Assembly (NCBI GenBank): GCA_964187785.1
Contig: OZ076409.1
Coordinates: forward strand, 65,784,001 to 65,848,000
Direction of reading: 5' to 3'
DNA: 64,000 nucleotides
From: Amphiscolops sp. MND2022
Taxonomy: Eukaryota
The notes below the pieces were generated by a model. The model was not told the DNA's origin and ran no database searches. It saw only the letters and a program-made list of their open reading frames with translations. Within the stretch, counting starts at the first letter, position 1. Each line of letters starts with the position of its first letter. Position numbers and translations under genes: made by a program. Below, one piece after another: positions 32,893-46,357 of the stretch.

Positions 32893-33665
32893 TGTAACGG
32901 CAAGCTGTTATCGGTCGCTTAACACGTTAACAGAGGTGGAGGAACCTGCAGGAATGGGTGAATCGCTCGGGACAGGCGCCCATCGCCACAGATCCATTTT
33001 GCCTCCAGGGGTGAAATACGTCCCGGGGCCGCGGGTGCTTCGACGAATACTGTCCAACCGGTCCTAGTCTTTGATTGCTAATAGTAACGGGCATCTTTCT
33101 GACTCTCTAAAGACCACCGCTTAATTAGCATATAAAAACAATGCCAAGAATAAGGTAAATTTCCAGTTCCAGGGTGACATGTGAATAAGATCTAAAATTG
33201 GGGAATAAGATCTAAACTAGCGCTAGCGCTACCGAATACAGCCAAAATCACTGAAAATACATAAAAACAGGCACGAATATGGCAAACCACACAGCTAAAA
33301 AGCTGGGGCGCAGGGGCTCCAAGCACCAAACAAGGATCTTTATGCGAAAAGACTCATTTTTACGGTTTTCGCTACATAGGGTAGCATAATGCTGAAAATC
33401 GTTAAAACCGGTGTTAGCACCTCAAAAAGAGTCTATTTTCGGTCGTTCTCGCCGTCTCTGGCTTCTGTCATGGCGGCGCGCCCGTATTTTTGCTCGTTCT
33501 TGCTCTTTGTTGTCGAAGTACCTGCCAATTTCGTGGAAACAGCGAAAAGAGCAATCACATGCTCAGTGCCACGTCACACATCGGATTAGAATTTTTGACA
33601 AAATTTCTGAACATGTCAAAGTTGCAAAATCGGTTGATATTGCTGTACCAGAGCTTGCCGTTACA
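32893..33665 (-). repeat. 5' LTR of the large Gypsy
   Basis: 773-bp direct repeat of 18311-19084. Confidence 0.95.
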
Positions 33666-33735
33666 GTCAATTCGTGTGGATTGAAAAAAAGAGTCACTAT
33701 ATTAGCTTCGTTTCACTTCATGAAGCGGACTAATA
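33666..33735 (-). mobile_element. Family A Helentron-like fragment, right half
   Basis: aaaaaaagagtcactata...gaagcggacta matches the family A terminus (gtcact...aagcgccgacta). Confidence 0.55.
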
Positions 33736-36563
33736 AACTACGGTGACAAGTCAGACCTTTGTGGTTTTGAGCAAGTCACTTTGAAACCACAGCTTCAAGC
33801 CGACGATTGCTTGACCACATGGTCTACCCCGCGGAATTGGGAAATGAACTTTTTTTTATTTCTTTCTTCATCATTGCTCATTTTTTTTCATTTTGATCAT
33901 TTGAAAATGAACCTCATTAAAAGTTCGCTTCATTTTCGAAATCAATAGCTGCTAGTACCATATTCAGGCAAAGAAAGTTTAGAACCAAGCAGAAGCTATG
34001 TATACGTTCATCCGCTAAAACGTAGCTCAAACATCCTTTTCACAGCCTTTCCAAAAAATAATTCAGTTCACCAAAAACAAACCTCCAGTTTTAGTTGCTT
34101 CCTCATTCTGGATTGCCTTAGTGTTCACTTAATGTGTCTTGATGAAGTGGTGAATATAATTCATCTGGTTCAAAGTAATGTAGAGGAGTTTTCCATGCAC
34201 TTAACATTTCATTAGACACACAATTTATTGGCTGGAAGAGAAACGTCATGAATTTGAGAAAAAAATGGGCTTGAAAATTAATGCAACCATTTCGAGCTTC
34301 CGCCTTCACTTCAAAGGAAAGTTTGCCTACTGAAAAGGCTAAAACATTGATATACTGATTTCTGAGAATTTTATAAAGTTGAAAAATTGAATGAAAAACG
34401 ATATCGAGCAGCTCATTATGAAGTAAACTTTCAGTAAATGTCATGAAATTTTATTCATTTTTGAAACGTACCGAATTGATTTTTCACAAATTTAATTGAG
34501 TCGATTTCAAGTTTAGTTAAGGAATGCCTTCATTATTTTTGCTGACTGAGAAGTCTCTGCTATATTTGCAGACAAAGCATAAAAATAACAAGATCAATCT
34601 AACGACATTGCTGCAAAATGCATCTATTAAGCTACAGTAGATATATTATAAGAAGCAACATAAAACAAATCTCAAAACAGAATATATAACAAAAGCAGCA
34701 GTTATTTTTAAAAGTTGTGTAAAGGTAAAAGTTTCTTTGACTTTCACATAGTTTCAAAATATGTTTGTTTCAAAATTATTTCAAACTATTTTTTTAAAAA
34801 GTGTGGAACAAATGTGGAATGGACATTATTTGCCAAATTCAATTAAAATTTGAAGTTTTTCCCCTTTTAGCATTCTTTACACAAAATCTCGAGATGTCTT
34901 GTGTTCAATTGACCCCTCTGAGCTTATCAAAAATAAAAACTTCTGATAGGTTTTGATTTCGAAAGCATATGATGTCTTGAAAACAAACCTATATAAGCAG
35001 GCTTTTCCGAAATTACATGAGTCAAGATACGATTCTGTAAATCAATGATTTAAAACAAGCTCGTACTAATACAATTTACAGTATTTCCGAAAAAAAGTTC
35101 TCTTTGTTCTGGAGAATTTTCAATCAAAATCTCACTGAAGTGGAATGAGTGTAAGTGGGTCAAAAAGTTTGAAAAACTAAAAAATGATGTTTCAAATTTA
35201 CCTCTCGACCAATAAAATGAGCGCGTGAGACCTTAATGAGCGCGCAATGTATTGAAATTTTTTTACTTTGGAAATATAATTTTATTGAGAAAACACTAAC
35301 GCGCATGTCATCTCAAGATCAGGCAATTTTTAATGCGATCACCAATTTGTGAGTCCATAAAATGTTTTCTAAAAACACATTTTTGAGCAATTTTTGCCTA
35401 TTTTTAGTGGTGTGCCTTCTTTTGAACGAAGCAACCCGTTTACTAGTTCATAATAAACTTCAACATCAAAATTTTGAAGCATTTTGATTCAAATTAGCAT
35501 TTTATATATAGTTGTAGAAGAATTTTAATCTATAATTTGAGGCTTTTCGTGTTTGCAGAAGTCAGTTACAAAAATAGCTGCAATATAAGCTTTTTTTGAA
35601 ATAAGTTGGTATAATTTCGTGCTCCACGTTAACAATCGTCATTAATAAAGAGAAAATGACTTTCCCTTGACTGGTTGAAACAAGACGTCATCAGATCATG
35701 ATTATAACATCTCAAGGCCATTTCTTTCTGTCAAGATAAGGAGCTTGAATGATGATGATCATTATCTGTGAAATGAAACTTCTTCCACAGAAGATTGCTC
35801 AGATAATCTTTTTCAATGCCTTCCTTAGCTCCCTTATCAAAATGTTTATGGAAAACTTTTAATCATCACCCTTGATAAAATTTCTTGAATGGTAATCCCG
35901 AGAGGAAGAATAAATATCGTCATTGATTAGAATTGAGTGCAGCTAATTAGTGTGTTTTTAAGTTAAGCTTTTTCTATTTTAGCAAGTTTTTTTCATGGCT
36001 TTTGAATAAACACTCAAGATCGACAAGCGATTCAACTTCGTCTCGTTTTGTTGAGCTCAATTTTTTTGTGCAAAAATGCGTCAGACGAACAGAAAATTTT
36101 AACGTTTGCAATTTCGCAAAACCATTTGACTTAAAAGTGATGCTCAGTAACTTGACAGTTTGCCTTCGAGCTCGCAGGGTTTGAAACTAACAAACGTTTT
36201 CTAAATTTGTACTAAAGTTACATAAAACAGTCAAAATATGTAATGATTTTGTAATTTCAGGGACTTTTTTTCAAAAAATTCAAACATCTTTTCCAATACC
36301 TATGCTGCGAACCCTCTTGTATTATATAGATAACCTCGGGTGTACTGAAAAAGTCGATGTAAAACAGATGACGTCATTACTGACAAAAACTGATTTGGCA
36401 AAACACGGAAAATGAGGAAGAAAACGCAGAAAAGCGAAAATGAAAGCGAGAACACCACAGTGCGTATATTGAAAAAAATCTACCACTCCAAAAAGGACTC
36501 AAAAACACACCTCAGATGCAGTGCAGTACTATCATTCTTGTATATTAGCGAGACGCTATCTAG

Positions 36564-36928
36564 TGTAACGAATACTGTAGGAAAAGGTCCTATCGCCCCA
36601 TTACCCATAACAGGTACACGGAGCCCCGGCTTCTGAGCTGTGTCGTCCGCCATGTGGTGCTTTTATATTGAGTATCCTGTATAATTTTAGGTTAGGAACG
36701 TGAGCTGCTGATATGCGTACTATACCCTCGTGCTGTTAATTACCTACCCAGAAAATTGAAATATAATTTCTTGACACACACTGTTTTTTAAGGCTACAGG
36801 AACTGTGGTTCTGGGCAGGCAAACTACCCATTGCCATTTGCAGTTACGGACTGATCGATTGAAGGATATCCATCGCTTAAGGCTTCCCCAGCTTGCAATG
36901 GCAAGCTACGCGGCAATTTGTCGTTACA
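36564..36928. mobile_element. Putative solo LTR (365 bp)
   Basis: Starts TGTAACGA and ends TCGTTACA (8-bp inverted ends); more GC-rich than the flanks; no exact TSD. Confidence 0.6.
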
Positions 36929-38417
36929 TATGTTAGTTGAATAGTGAAGGAGAATCTCGTTAAAGTGAAAAGATAGCAAAATGAGGAAAAAAAACGAGAT
37001 TGTTTTGGTCATTTTTATACAAAAAATTATGGTTCGAAAAACTGAAAACATGAAAAGATGCCACAAGTTTATTGGATAATTAACCCTTTTCTTCATGGTC
37101 ATTTTAAATGTTTTTTTTCAGCACATAGCTGTCATGTCCTCTGGTTTCATTTCCCCCTTGCAAGTTTGAAATTCGAACGTATCAAAGGTTGACGTTTTTT
37201 GTATTGCGAACAATACGAAAGTGTAAACTGTTTTGGGATTCTTGATTTAATACATTGTAACAAAATATATATTGGAAGGTTCGAGTGAAGCTAGAATAAA
37301 CAAGCTTCTATCAAAGTTTTCATGAGTGAGCAAACGTTTTTGAGAAATGCGAGATCAAACTTCATTGACACTTCGCACTCGGTAGACTGTACGCCTGACT
37401 ATTTCACATTTTTTACTTTGTGTTACAGACTTTGACTAAATTGGAATATAACTTTTGTAGTACTAATTAAAGTTTTTTAACAAGGCAAAAATGTTACTTC
37501 GTATTTCAGAAGATTTTGGCTGCGATAGAAAAATCTGAAAGTTGGTTCTCCTAACAACCGTCTTTTCAGGACTAAGCACAACTCTTCTTCTCTTTTGATG
37601 TTGACGAAACTCAAAATATTTACCCACTGTTAGATTTATTGAACGCCAGAAAATCGAACTAAAAGATTGGATGTATTTTTCGTGTATTACCTGGAAAAAC
37701 TTGGGAATTGGAATTATTATTTTTTCATTGCACGAGAAAGTGAATAACTTTCATTTTTAATATCGAGTATTCCTAAAATAGCTGCGTCATCTTTAGTGGT
37801 TGAATTCCACGTCTTTAAAAAAGGTTTTTGATCTAAGGAATATATATTTTTTTGAAATTCAATTTGGCAGTTTACCTAATGGAAATTCAAAAGAAAAATG
37901 GCGTAACTCACAAATCAGAGAAAAGATTCATGGTACTTCACAGCAAGAATGAACATCATCTTAAAACTAATCGTCAGATGCTCGAAAGCAATCCATTTTT
38001 ATTGGAGCTTCGATTTGAGAACGCTAGTTTTTAAAGATAATTCAGCCACATTCTCATGCGCGGAAATAAATTCTACGGAGCGACCAAAATGTCTGGAATA
38101 AACCTACTTGAATAACATAATCCTTAAGGAACACTATACACGTGTACCATTGCAAAAACTATTAACTAGCTTACGGTAACAATACACAAAACATTTCAAG
38201 TGATATTTAACGGTGTTTGAAAAGTCAAGTTTTGAAGTGTCCATAAACTTCAGAATTTGAAATGAAAAACAATTTCAGGTTAGGGTCCTTTTTATTCTTT
38301 GTTGAAGACCAGTTTGCTTTTTCGGCAAAAGACGACATAGATTTTGTTCAATGAAGGCTGAGGTTCAACCTCATTTGAGCGTTCAATTGAAACTTGGGAA
38401 AAGAACTCTTTACTGTA

Positions 38418-39703
38418 CAGTCATCGGAATTGAAATCGGGACAAACATTGAACAACGACGCACGAACAAAATAAAATGACAATGAAATTAATTAAACAAC
38501 CAGTCAAATCGAAACAGTCCAACTGTTCAGATATCATTTTTGTCACTCGTGATCTCAAAAAAACAGTTTATTACTTCGTTTCGAGTAAATTTTCATGGCT
38601 CCTCATACTACGTATTCTGTTCAAAAACCTATTCTTCGTTTTTTTCCAATGAGGCAAAACGCAGCGTGAAATTGCAGACTTGACAGATACCAGCAAGAGT
38701 TCTGTTATTCGAACCATTGTCAATTTCAAAAAAGCTGACAGCATAGGGCCTAAACCACGTACAGGGAGACGACCCAAAGCTAACGAAAGATCGATTCGCA
38801 ATTTGTTAAGGATGGCAACTATTTGCCCCCGTTTTTCAGCCAGAAAACTGAAAAATGATTGCACAGATGGTCATCTGTATACAGTTGATGGCGTATGAAA
38901 AGTTCTAAATAAATATGGCTTGAAAAGACGCGTAGCTCCTAAGAAATTAAAGGTTACCGCAAGACATCGCCTTTTAAAAAAAAGCGGTGCAGGCAGAGGT
39001 TAAAAAACCTTTGAAAAGGACCCACAGATTTTTCAAAAAGGGTCGAAACTGACGAATCAATTTTTGAGCTGGATCCTAGACGGCAGGAGTTTGTTTGGCG
39101 ACCGAAAGGACTCGCTGACCTTAGTCACCGCCCACAGTACTTAGCCAGAAGTACCAACACTGGCAGCCCAAAGTTGATGGTCTAGGGGACAATTTGGTCT
39201 TCGGCGTTCCGAATTCTATTTAGAACTCTTTAGATGGACTAGCGTACCAAGCACTCCTCGACGAGAACTTGTTACCAATTTGGGACGAAGACTTCTTACT
39301 GCTCCAAGACAACGCGCCTCCTCATAATGCAGCTTCAACAATGTCGTTTTTGGAAGAAAATGGCATAATGGTAGTTAACGACTGGCAACCTCACTCATTC
39401 GACCTGAATGTCATTGAAAACGTATGGAAGATGCTCGGTGACAAGCGGGAGGGCAAGGAATTCATGAATTTGAACGATTTGTGGAGTTTTTTGAAGAATT
39501 TTAGTCCATTCCGGACAACTACATTCAAAAATTATTTGAATCCATCCCGAGACGGATTGGGGCCGTTCTCAAACATCGAGGCTATCCCACTGAAATTTGA
39601 CTTTCTTTCTGTTTATTTCATCAGTTTCTAGAAAGTCTTTAGCTCTAACCCTTTTGTTTTATCTACAAAAAACTCATTGTCCCGATTCCTTTTCTAGTGA
39701 CTG
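38418..39703 (+). mobile_element. Tc1-like DNA transposon (decayed)
   Basis: TA|CAGTCATCGGAATTGAAATCGGGACAA ... TTGTCCCGATTCCTTTTCTAGTGACTG|TA, about 1.29 kb. Confidence 0.9.
38595..39600 (+). pseudogene. Tc1-family transposase pseudogene
   Basis: HTH region (QREIA...SKSSV), GRRPK, TDES, QDNAPPH, SFDLNVIENVW; multiple stops and frameshifts. Confidence 0.9.
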
Positions 39704-41689
39704 TAAATTTATCAGCAGTAGCCAATTATTTTTACAGCTTCAATAAGCACAGGAACCTAGAAAAATGTTCAAGGAATGAATCAATGACTAGATTTATTTC
39801 GAACTTGAAGATATTAACAGAAAGTAGGTCCCAAATTTTATGGCAAGATCATTGTCCAAAACCAAGAAAATTTGTGGTTTCAAAGGTTTGTTTGATGATT
39901 GGTAAAACAGTTCATTTATATACTTAACTAAGTTTTTTGATTGGCCACTGAACTTTTATGATTAATTGAAACGTTTTATCCCAAAACACTAAAACATCGA
40001 AAGTTCCTGCAGTCTGGAACAAGCGACTCCGGCAACGATTCAAATTATTCACGCCTTCAATTGTTCATTTCATCTAAAAATTATTTGGCTCTACCAATGT
40101 GCGGAAAAAAGATTTCCGAGAAAGCTTTGACTTCGAAACGATAGCAGATCTTTACTTTTAAATACAGGTCAAACAATGTTTCGAAAACATTGAAATATAT
40201 TCTTGGAACTCTGGATGAGAATATTGACTTTTTGTGAAACCATCGCGATGAATCTCGACAAGAACGCCAAGAATATGTACGCTCTTGCAAGATCTTACCA
40301 TGAGTTTCAAGAAAAAGGCAAACAAAAGTGAATGGAACCGAACAAAAACAGACGACAACTGTGGCTTGATGAATGTATCTATTATGCTGCGGCCGTTTAC
40401 TCTACCAACCAAGCTGTCACGTCTGGAATTTACTTCGCGTTGTCTTGTAACCAACACTTCCAGGTTGATAGCGTAGCTGGTAGTGCGATGAAAAGTAATT
40501 GTAAACATAGTTGTTTGTTTTGCAAGTTTTTATTTTCTTGGCACTCTCGACTAGACTCTTACCAAGATTCTAACAAGAAATTCAAGAGTTTTGTGTGAGG
40601 CAAGAATAAACAAAATCTTGTCAAGGTTTTCCAGAGTAAACGGGAATGTGTAAGAATATGCAAGATATTAGCAAGAGTTTCCAATTTTTTTGCACTGTGG
40701 TAGGATATTTGTCACTTTTCAAACATTTCATGAGTTTCTCGTGAGACAAAAAGGATTGAAAAGGTTTTGTTTATTGTTTTGTCGTTTGATAATGTAAATC
40801 AACACACTCATACTTTCAATTTAGGACACAAAATAGTCTATTGGCTCAATTTGTTGAACCCCTGAGAACTTATTGAAGCATTGAACAAGACATACACAAG
40901 CTACTAAACAGTTCGAAGAGCTTTTAGCTATCTACAACATACAAAAGACAACGCTTGCTGACAAAAGTTATAGTTTGAACAATAGAGAGTTGGTGTAACT
41001 TCTATGGAATTCATGAGTTTTTAGTACATCAGTTAGTCATAGGAACTTCCTCAAATTAAATTTGGATGCGTTCGTTGGTTTTCGTCAATGACTCTCGGAT
41101 TTTTTAAATCTATTCCATAGACTGAAAAATATCGATCTTGTGAAAATTTTGCATCAATTGTCTAATCACGGAGCCTATTATTCATTTTTGGGTCAAAAAT
41201 GCTGGGTTTCCAGTTTTGTGTCTGTTTACCACTTGATTCTTACATGAGTTAAATTCCTAAGTTCGTTCTTTTCTTTCCATGCACGGGTAGACTTTTACAA
41301 AAGTGTCATCACCAAGAGTCAAAATATGTAAACTATCTGTTGTAGACTCGTGGAAAAGATAGAATTAAGAAGTTCAAATTAAGAAGATAACGTTCTCAAT
41401 AGTATAGAGTACTAGAGTATCAGTATCTATCCGTATAGCATCGAAGGCAATAACTAAATGGTGGGGATGTACTTTACAGTTCATAGGCAGGTACTTGAAT
41501 GTTCAATTAAGTCTGTCTAGACTATATAACTTTCACCTCTACATTCCCCCCTCTTCGGGATTGTGGGAGCCCTTCTTGAATGTCTCAGGCGTTCTTGTTT
41601 CCGGCCTTCTGTTTGTTGGCTGTGCTCCGGATGAAGTGTACGATCTTCTTCTGGCTTTTTGGCTTTGGATCTAGAATATTCGAAAGTTG

Positions 41690-44600
41690 TCAAAAATATT
41701 CTATGCTGCCCATTTTATTTACCCTTTTTGCGTTTTTGATTCTATTGGATCTACGGATCCCTTTTCCCCCCTCTACGATTTTTGGCTTGTTCTCTTCGAC
41801 CTCTATATTAAATTCTACTACACCTTTATTTACTGAATTTGGGCTTTTTTGTGGTGATCCAGTTGGGGTTTGGTCAGGGTCCTTGTTGGTTCGGTGTTGT
41901 GCCAGTTCTGTACTGCAACTGACGGGTGGTAAGATTTCGGGTGTTTGGCTTTTCTCTGATTTGGCCACTGTCTCGTCCGTATTGTACTTTATGTCTGCCG
42001 TGACGGTGATTTCAGTGTCGGTGTTGTCCGTGAGCGGTGGTTCCTCCGCTTGGGATGACTGACTATCGGAGATTATGGTGACGTCCGGGTTCTTTTCGGT
42101 CTGTTTGGCGGGCATCATTGGGAACGTCTCCGAGCTGGTCGATTGTTTTTGTAGCTCTGATTTTATTCTTTTGTGTGTGTCGCATAGTTCTTCATTACTG
42201 AATCGTCCACATCTTGTGCACCGTTTGGTCGGTTTTCTGATCTCCTCGTTTTTCTTCAGTGGCTGAAATTTTAAAGGGTTAGATGCCAGTTTCTTATGAA
42301 TGGTTTTACCGTCCGTAGTTGTTATGGTATGTTTAGTCTCTCTGGCTGCAGTTAAAATTTTATCGGTTTTAAATCTACATTTTAGTGCATTGGGTTTGTT
42401 TTCTTTTTCAAAAAATTGGTAACTTTTAAAACTGTCGCTTACCGATCGTCCCTTCTTTCTTGACTCATTGAGTATCAAATAATCGGCCAATTCTCCATCT
42501 GAGTCGTGTATCGTAAAGACTTGTAATTCGGCAGGCTGGGCTAAAATGTAATTTGTTAGTGTTTTCTTCCAATTCGTTAATAGGCAATTTGGTTGGCCAA
42601 TCAGATTGGTTATCGGCGTGCGTGGTTTTCTCCCGTAGTGTAATTGGAAAGGTGTCATTTTCAGAGTACTGTGTTGTGTTTGTCTAATGGTTTTAATTGC
42701 CTTGTTGACACTTTCTTCAAAAGTTAAATCGTCTTCTAAATTAGCTCTAGTTAGCGACTTAATTGTGCGAATTGTTCTTTCGACCAATCCGGTTCCCGTA
42801 TGTAATTTCGGTGTACACCGTATTCTTGTAATGTTTTCGCCGTTACAGTATTCTTTGAATTCTTTGCTTTTAGAACAGCTACCGTTGTCGGTACGTATTG
42901 TTTGTGGCGTTCCGTTATCGGCACAATATTTCATTAAAAATTTTATTACGGTTTGAGAGTACGTGTTTTTACAAATTTGGACCGTTGGCCATTTGCTAAA
43001 ACGGTCGATTGCAACTAAAATATAGACGTTTCCGCGTGATTTTGATCTTATCGGGCCGGCAAAGTCTATCTGGATTTCTTGTCCAGGTTCAGTTAAAATT
43101 TCGAGTCTATTTATCTCCGATTGCGGTATTTGTGTTTTTAAGTTCTTACCTGCGGTTCGGCAGCTGGGGCAGTTCTCAGCTTTGTCTCTAATCTCACGAT
43201 GGATACACGGCCACCAGAACGCCTCCGCGGACTTGTCCATCTTGTTTGTTGATACATGGCCGTTGTGTAGCATGGTGATATTCGTCGGTCTCATCGCTTC
43301 TGGGATAACTATGCGGTCATTATAAAAAAGTAATCCGAAGCGAGTTTCAAGATGGGCGATATGGACAAGGTGTGGGCGATATGGATAAAAGATGCCGTCG
43401 CGGTTCCCAGTTTCCAGGGCGATGATAGCGTCTAGTATCTTGGCATCTTGTGCCGTTTCCTCGACCAGCATTGGCAGATCCATTGCGAATTCTCTTTCGG
43501 CCTTTTTGATCATTTCTGCCGTTTTTTCGTTTCTTTCTTCTGGCAGCGTATTACGTTTGGCGGTCTGTTTTAGTCGTATAAGATTGACGCTTTCGTGTTT
43601 TTTGAACTTTTTCAGAATGTTTGTTGGACATTTCTCCGTTTTTAGATGGCTAATTTGGCTTTCGTTGTCGGAGGACACATTGATCCAAGATTCATGAATG
43701 TTTTCGTTAAATTCTTTCAGGGGTGTGGTCCCCAGGCTCTCGCAGTAATTGAAGAATCGATTGTAGATCATTATATTGATTCGTTCGATTTCTTTCCTGT
43801 CTTGTTGCGAAGGACGATATTGTTGTATGCGTTCGTTTTCGCTGCCTTTTCCTACGATTCTGGAACGATTCGGTTGTAGGATTTTATTTCTTTCGGAGCG
43901 AAGTTTGTTTGTTTCCGGGGAATGTCCCCGTTTTTTGAAAATAAAATCGATGTCAATTCCATTGACTTTATCCATTTTTGACATTCGCGGTACTTTATTC
44001 TCAAGATTTGTGTTATTTGACGGTTCAATGTTGTTTCGCGGTGAGAAAGTTTGGATTGAGTCTCTGTTGTTGGTTTGTTCACGTGTTTGTTTTGTGCGAT
44101 GTGATTGGTCGGATTTTGTTGCCGATTGCTGTCGTTGGATGTGTTGCGTAATACTACCGTTCGTGCGATTAAACTCGAATAGGCCGTATATCTGATTTAT
44201 TACGAATTCCTCTTCGGCTTCTTTTTCTTCGTTCTCGCATGATGTTTCCGCTTGGTGTTCAGTGAGTATCGGATGTCGGTAGATAGTCCGATAATGGAAT
44301 GTTCTTGCCTGCGGTGTATTGCACATTCACATCGAAATGGCTCAGACGGTCTAACCACCGTGTGAGTCTTGCACTGTATTGTTTATGGGCTCGATTGCGC
44401 TTTAATAATGGTTGTAACGCTTGGTGATTGGTCAGAAGGTTAATTTTTTTCCGTATACGTAATACCTGAAATATTCGAGGCCCCATAGGACGCCTAATAA
44501 TTCGAGTTCGTTTATGGCGTATTTTCTTCCACAATCAGTGAGAAATCTGCTGGCAAAGGCTATTGGCCTGAAGTTTTCATCCTCTTTCTGCCATAGGGTA

Positions 44601-46357
44601 GCCCCTAGTCCGGTATTACAAGCATCAGTTGTTATGAAATTCTCTTTTTTTTTGGATCAAAGTGTGCTAAGCATGGTGCTTCCGTTATTTCTTTTTTTAA
44701 TTGTTCGAAATCGTCATTTATTTCTTTTGTCCATTCCCATTTTGTATTTTTTTTCAGCAATCTTCTCATTCTGTCTGTTTTTTTTTTGGATAGATTGTTC
44801 AAAAATTTTGACAAGTGTTGTATCGAGCCCAGAAATTATTTCAGTTCCTTGGTGTTTGTGGGTGCTTTCAATTTCGTTATCGCTTCTGTTTTATCTTAAT
44901 TGGTTTTACCCCGTTTTGGTTTATTTCGTATCCCAACCAGGTTAGTTCTTTTTTAAACAATTCTGTTTTTTTTCGCTCGCTCGGTAACCGTTTTCTTGTA
45001 GTTTCGACAGTATTTCGCGTAACTCTTCTTCGTGTTCCTCTATTGTTCCGTTGGTGACACAAATGATGTCATCTAGCCAGACTGGTGTTTTGAATTCTAG
45101 GACTTTATCGATGTGTTCTTGAAACACGGTGGGAATATCCGATAGTCCGTAAAATCCTTTTTTAAATCGGTAGAGTCCGGTAAAATCACCGCCGATAATT
45201 GAAAACACGCAGTGCCGTGACGCTTCTGGGGATAGTTTTGCCTGTCCATATGCATAATCTAGGTCGATTTTGGACATCCATATCTCGCCATTGTTTTTTG
45301 TGATTTTTGCGGATATTTTGCTGATTAGTTCTTCCATGTTTGGCATTGTTGCCTTTCTTTTTATGCAAGATTCGTTTAGTTTCCTTGAGTCTAGTGCGAT
45401 TTTTACTGATTTATCTTTTTTGATCGTTATAAGCGCGGGTGAGACGAAGCAATTTTCGGTCGTTTTATCGGCTTTTTCCAGGTGTCCTTTTTCAATTAAT
45501 TTTTTCAACTCGTTTTTTACGATGTTTTGGAAATGTATGGGTACCGGTCTCCCCTTTTGTTGAATAGGTTTTGTGTCTTTTTTCAACTGGATGTCTATTG
45601 TCAGGTCTTTTATTGTGTGGTTGTTTTTAAAAAGGTTTTCAAATTCTTTGAAAATTTTCTCACCTTTTTCGCTTGCAGTTATGTTTCGGATGATGTTTGT
45701 TTCCAGATTTCCTTGTAATCCGATTTCCAGCTTGTCTAGCCAGTCCAATCCCAGAAGGGGTTGTGTGTTTTTCTTTTCCGTAATTAGGATGGGTAGTACT
45801 GTTTTTGTTTTTTCCGTTTTGACTTCTACCATCGCTTTCCCTTGGATGTTGATTGGATTTTTGTTTACGTCAACGAAACATTTTGAGGTCGCTTTGATTT
45901 CTTTTGGGTTGATAACTGGCGGGATTATCGTCACTGGAGAGCCTGTGTCAATAATGAATTCTATTGGTTGTCCATGGACCAATAGAATTGTTTTGTAGAA
46001 ATCCACTCGATTAATACCGTTGACGGACTGGATGTGGTCAATTTCTGGCCATGGTTCGGTGTTGCTGCCCGAGGATACTGCTTCGGTTATCCGGCTGACG
46101 GTCTTAGATTTGCAGACTTTGGCAAAGTGCCCCATCTTTTTGCAATTGTTGCATTGTGATCTCCGTGCTGGGCAAACGTGTTCCATAGACCAGTTTGGTT
46201 TCCCGCAGAAGCGGCAATTTTTGTTTGAAATTTTTCGTTTCTCGTTGAAATGTGTTTTTCGCTTCCGTAGTTGATTAGTGTTGGCCGACTTGTTCAGACG
46301 ATGTTGAACTGCTTGTGAATTCTCTTTTGGCTTTTTTGATTTTGGGTTTTTTGTCAC
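41690..46357 (-). pseudogene. pol: Zinc knuckles, protease, RT, RNase H and integrase, broken by frameshifts
   Basis: CRFC..H.C and CNNCKKMGHFAKVC, IDTGS, WLDD, RNase H fragments, HNGH..CPSC, QIDF, TDN, GLVER. Split over ORFs 44942-46357, 44259-44814 and 41690-44326. Confidence 0.9.

Larger units (their letters stand above)
18311..33665 (-). mobile_element. Large (15.4 kb) Ty3/Gypsy LTR retrotransposon carrying macrodomains
   Basis: LTRs 18311-19084 and 32893-33665, differing by about 5 substitutions and 1 indel by eye, with 14-bp terminal inverted repeats TGTAACGGCAAGCT/AGCTTGCCGTTACA. PBS-like 32861-32877, PPT-like 19085-19100, domain order PR-RT-RH-IN. Confidence 0.95.

Noticed and set aside
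40170..40700. CAAGA-rich stretch, possibly a decayed MITE
   Set aside because: No definable termini or TSD.
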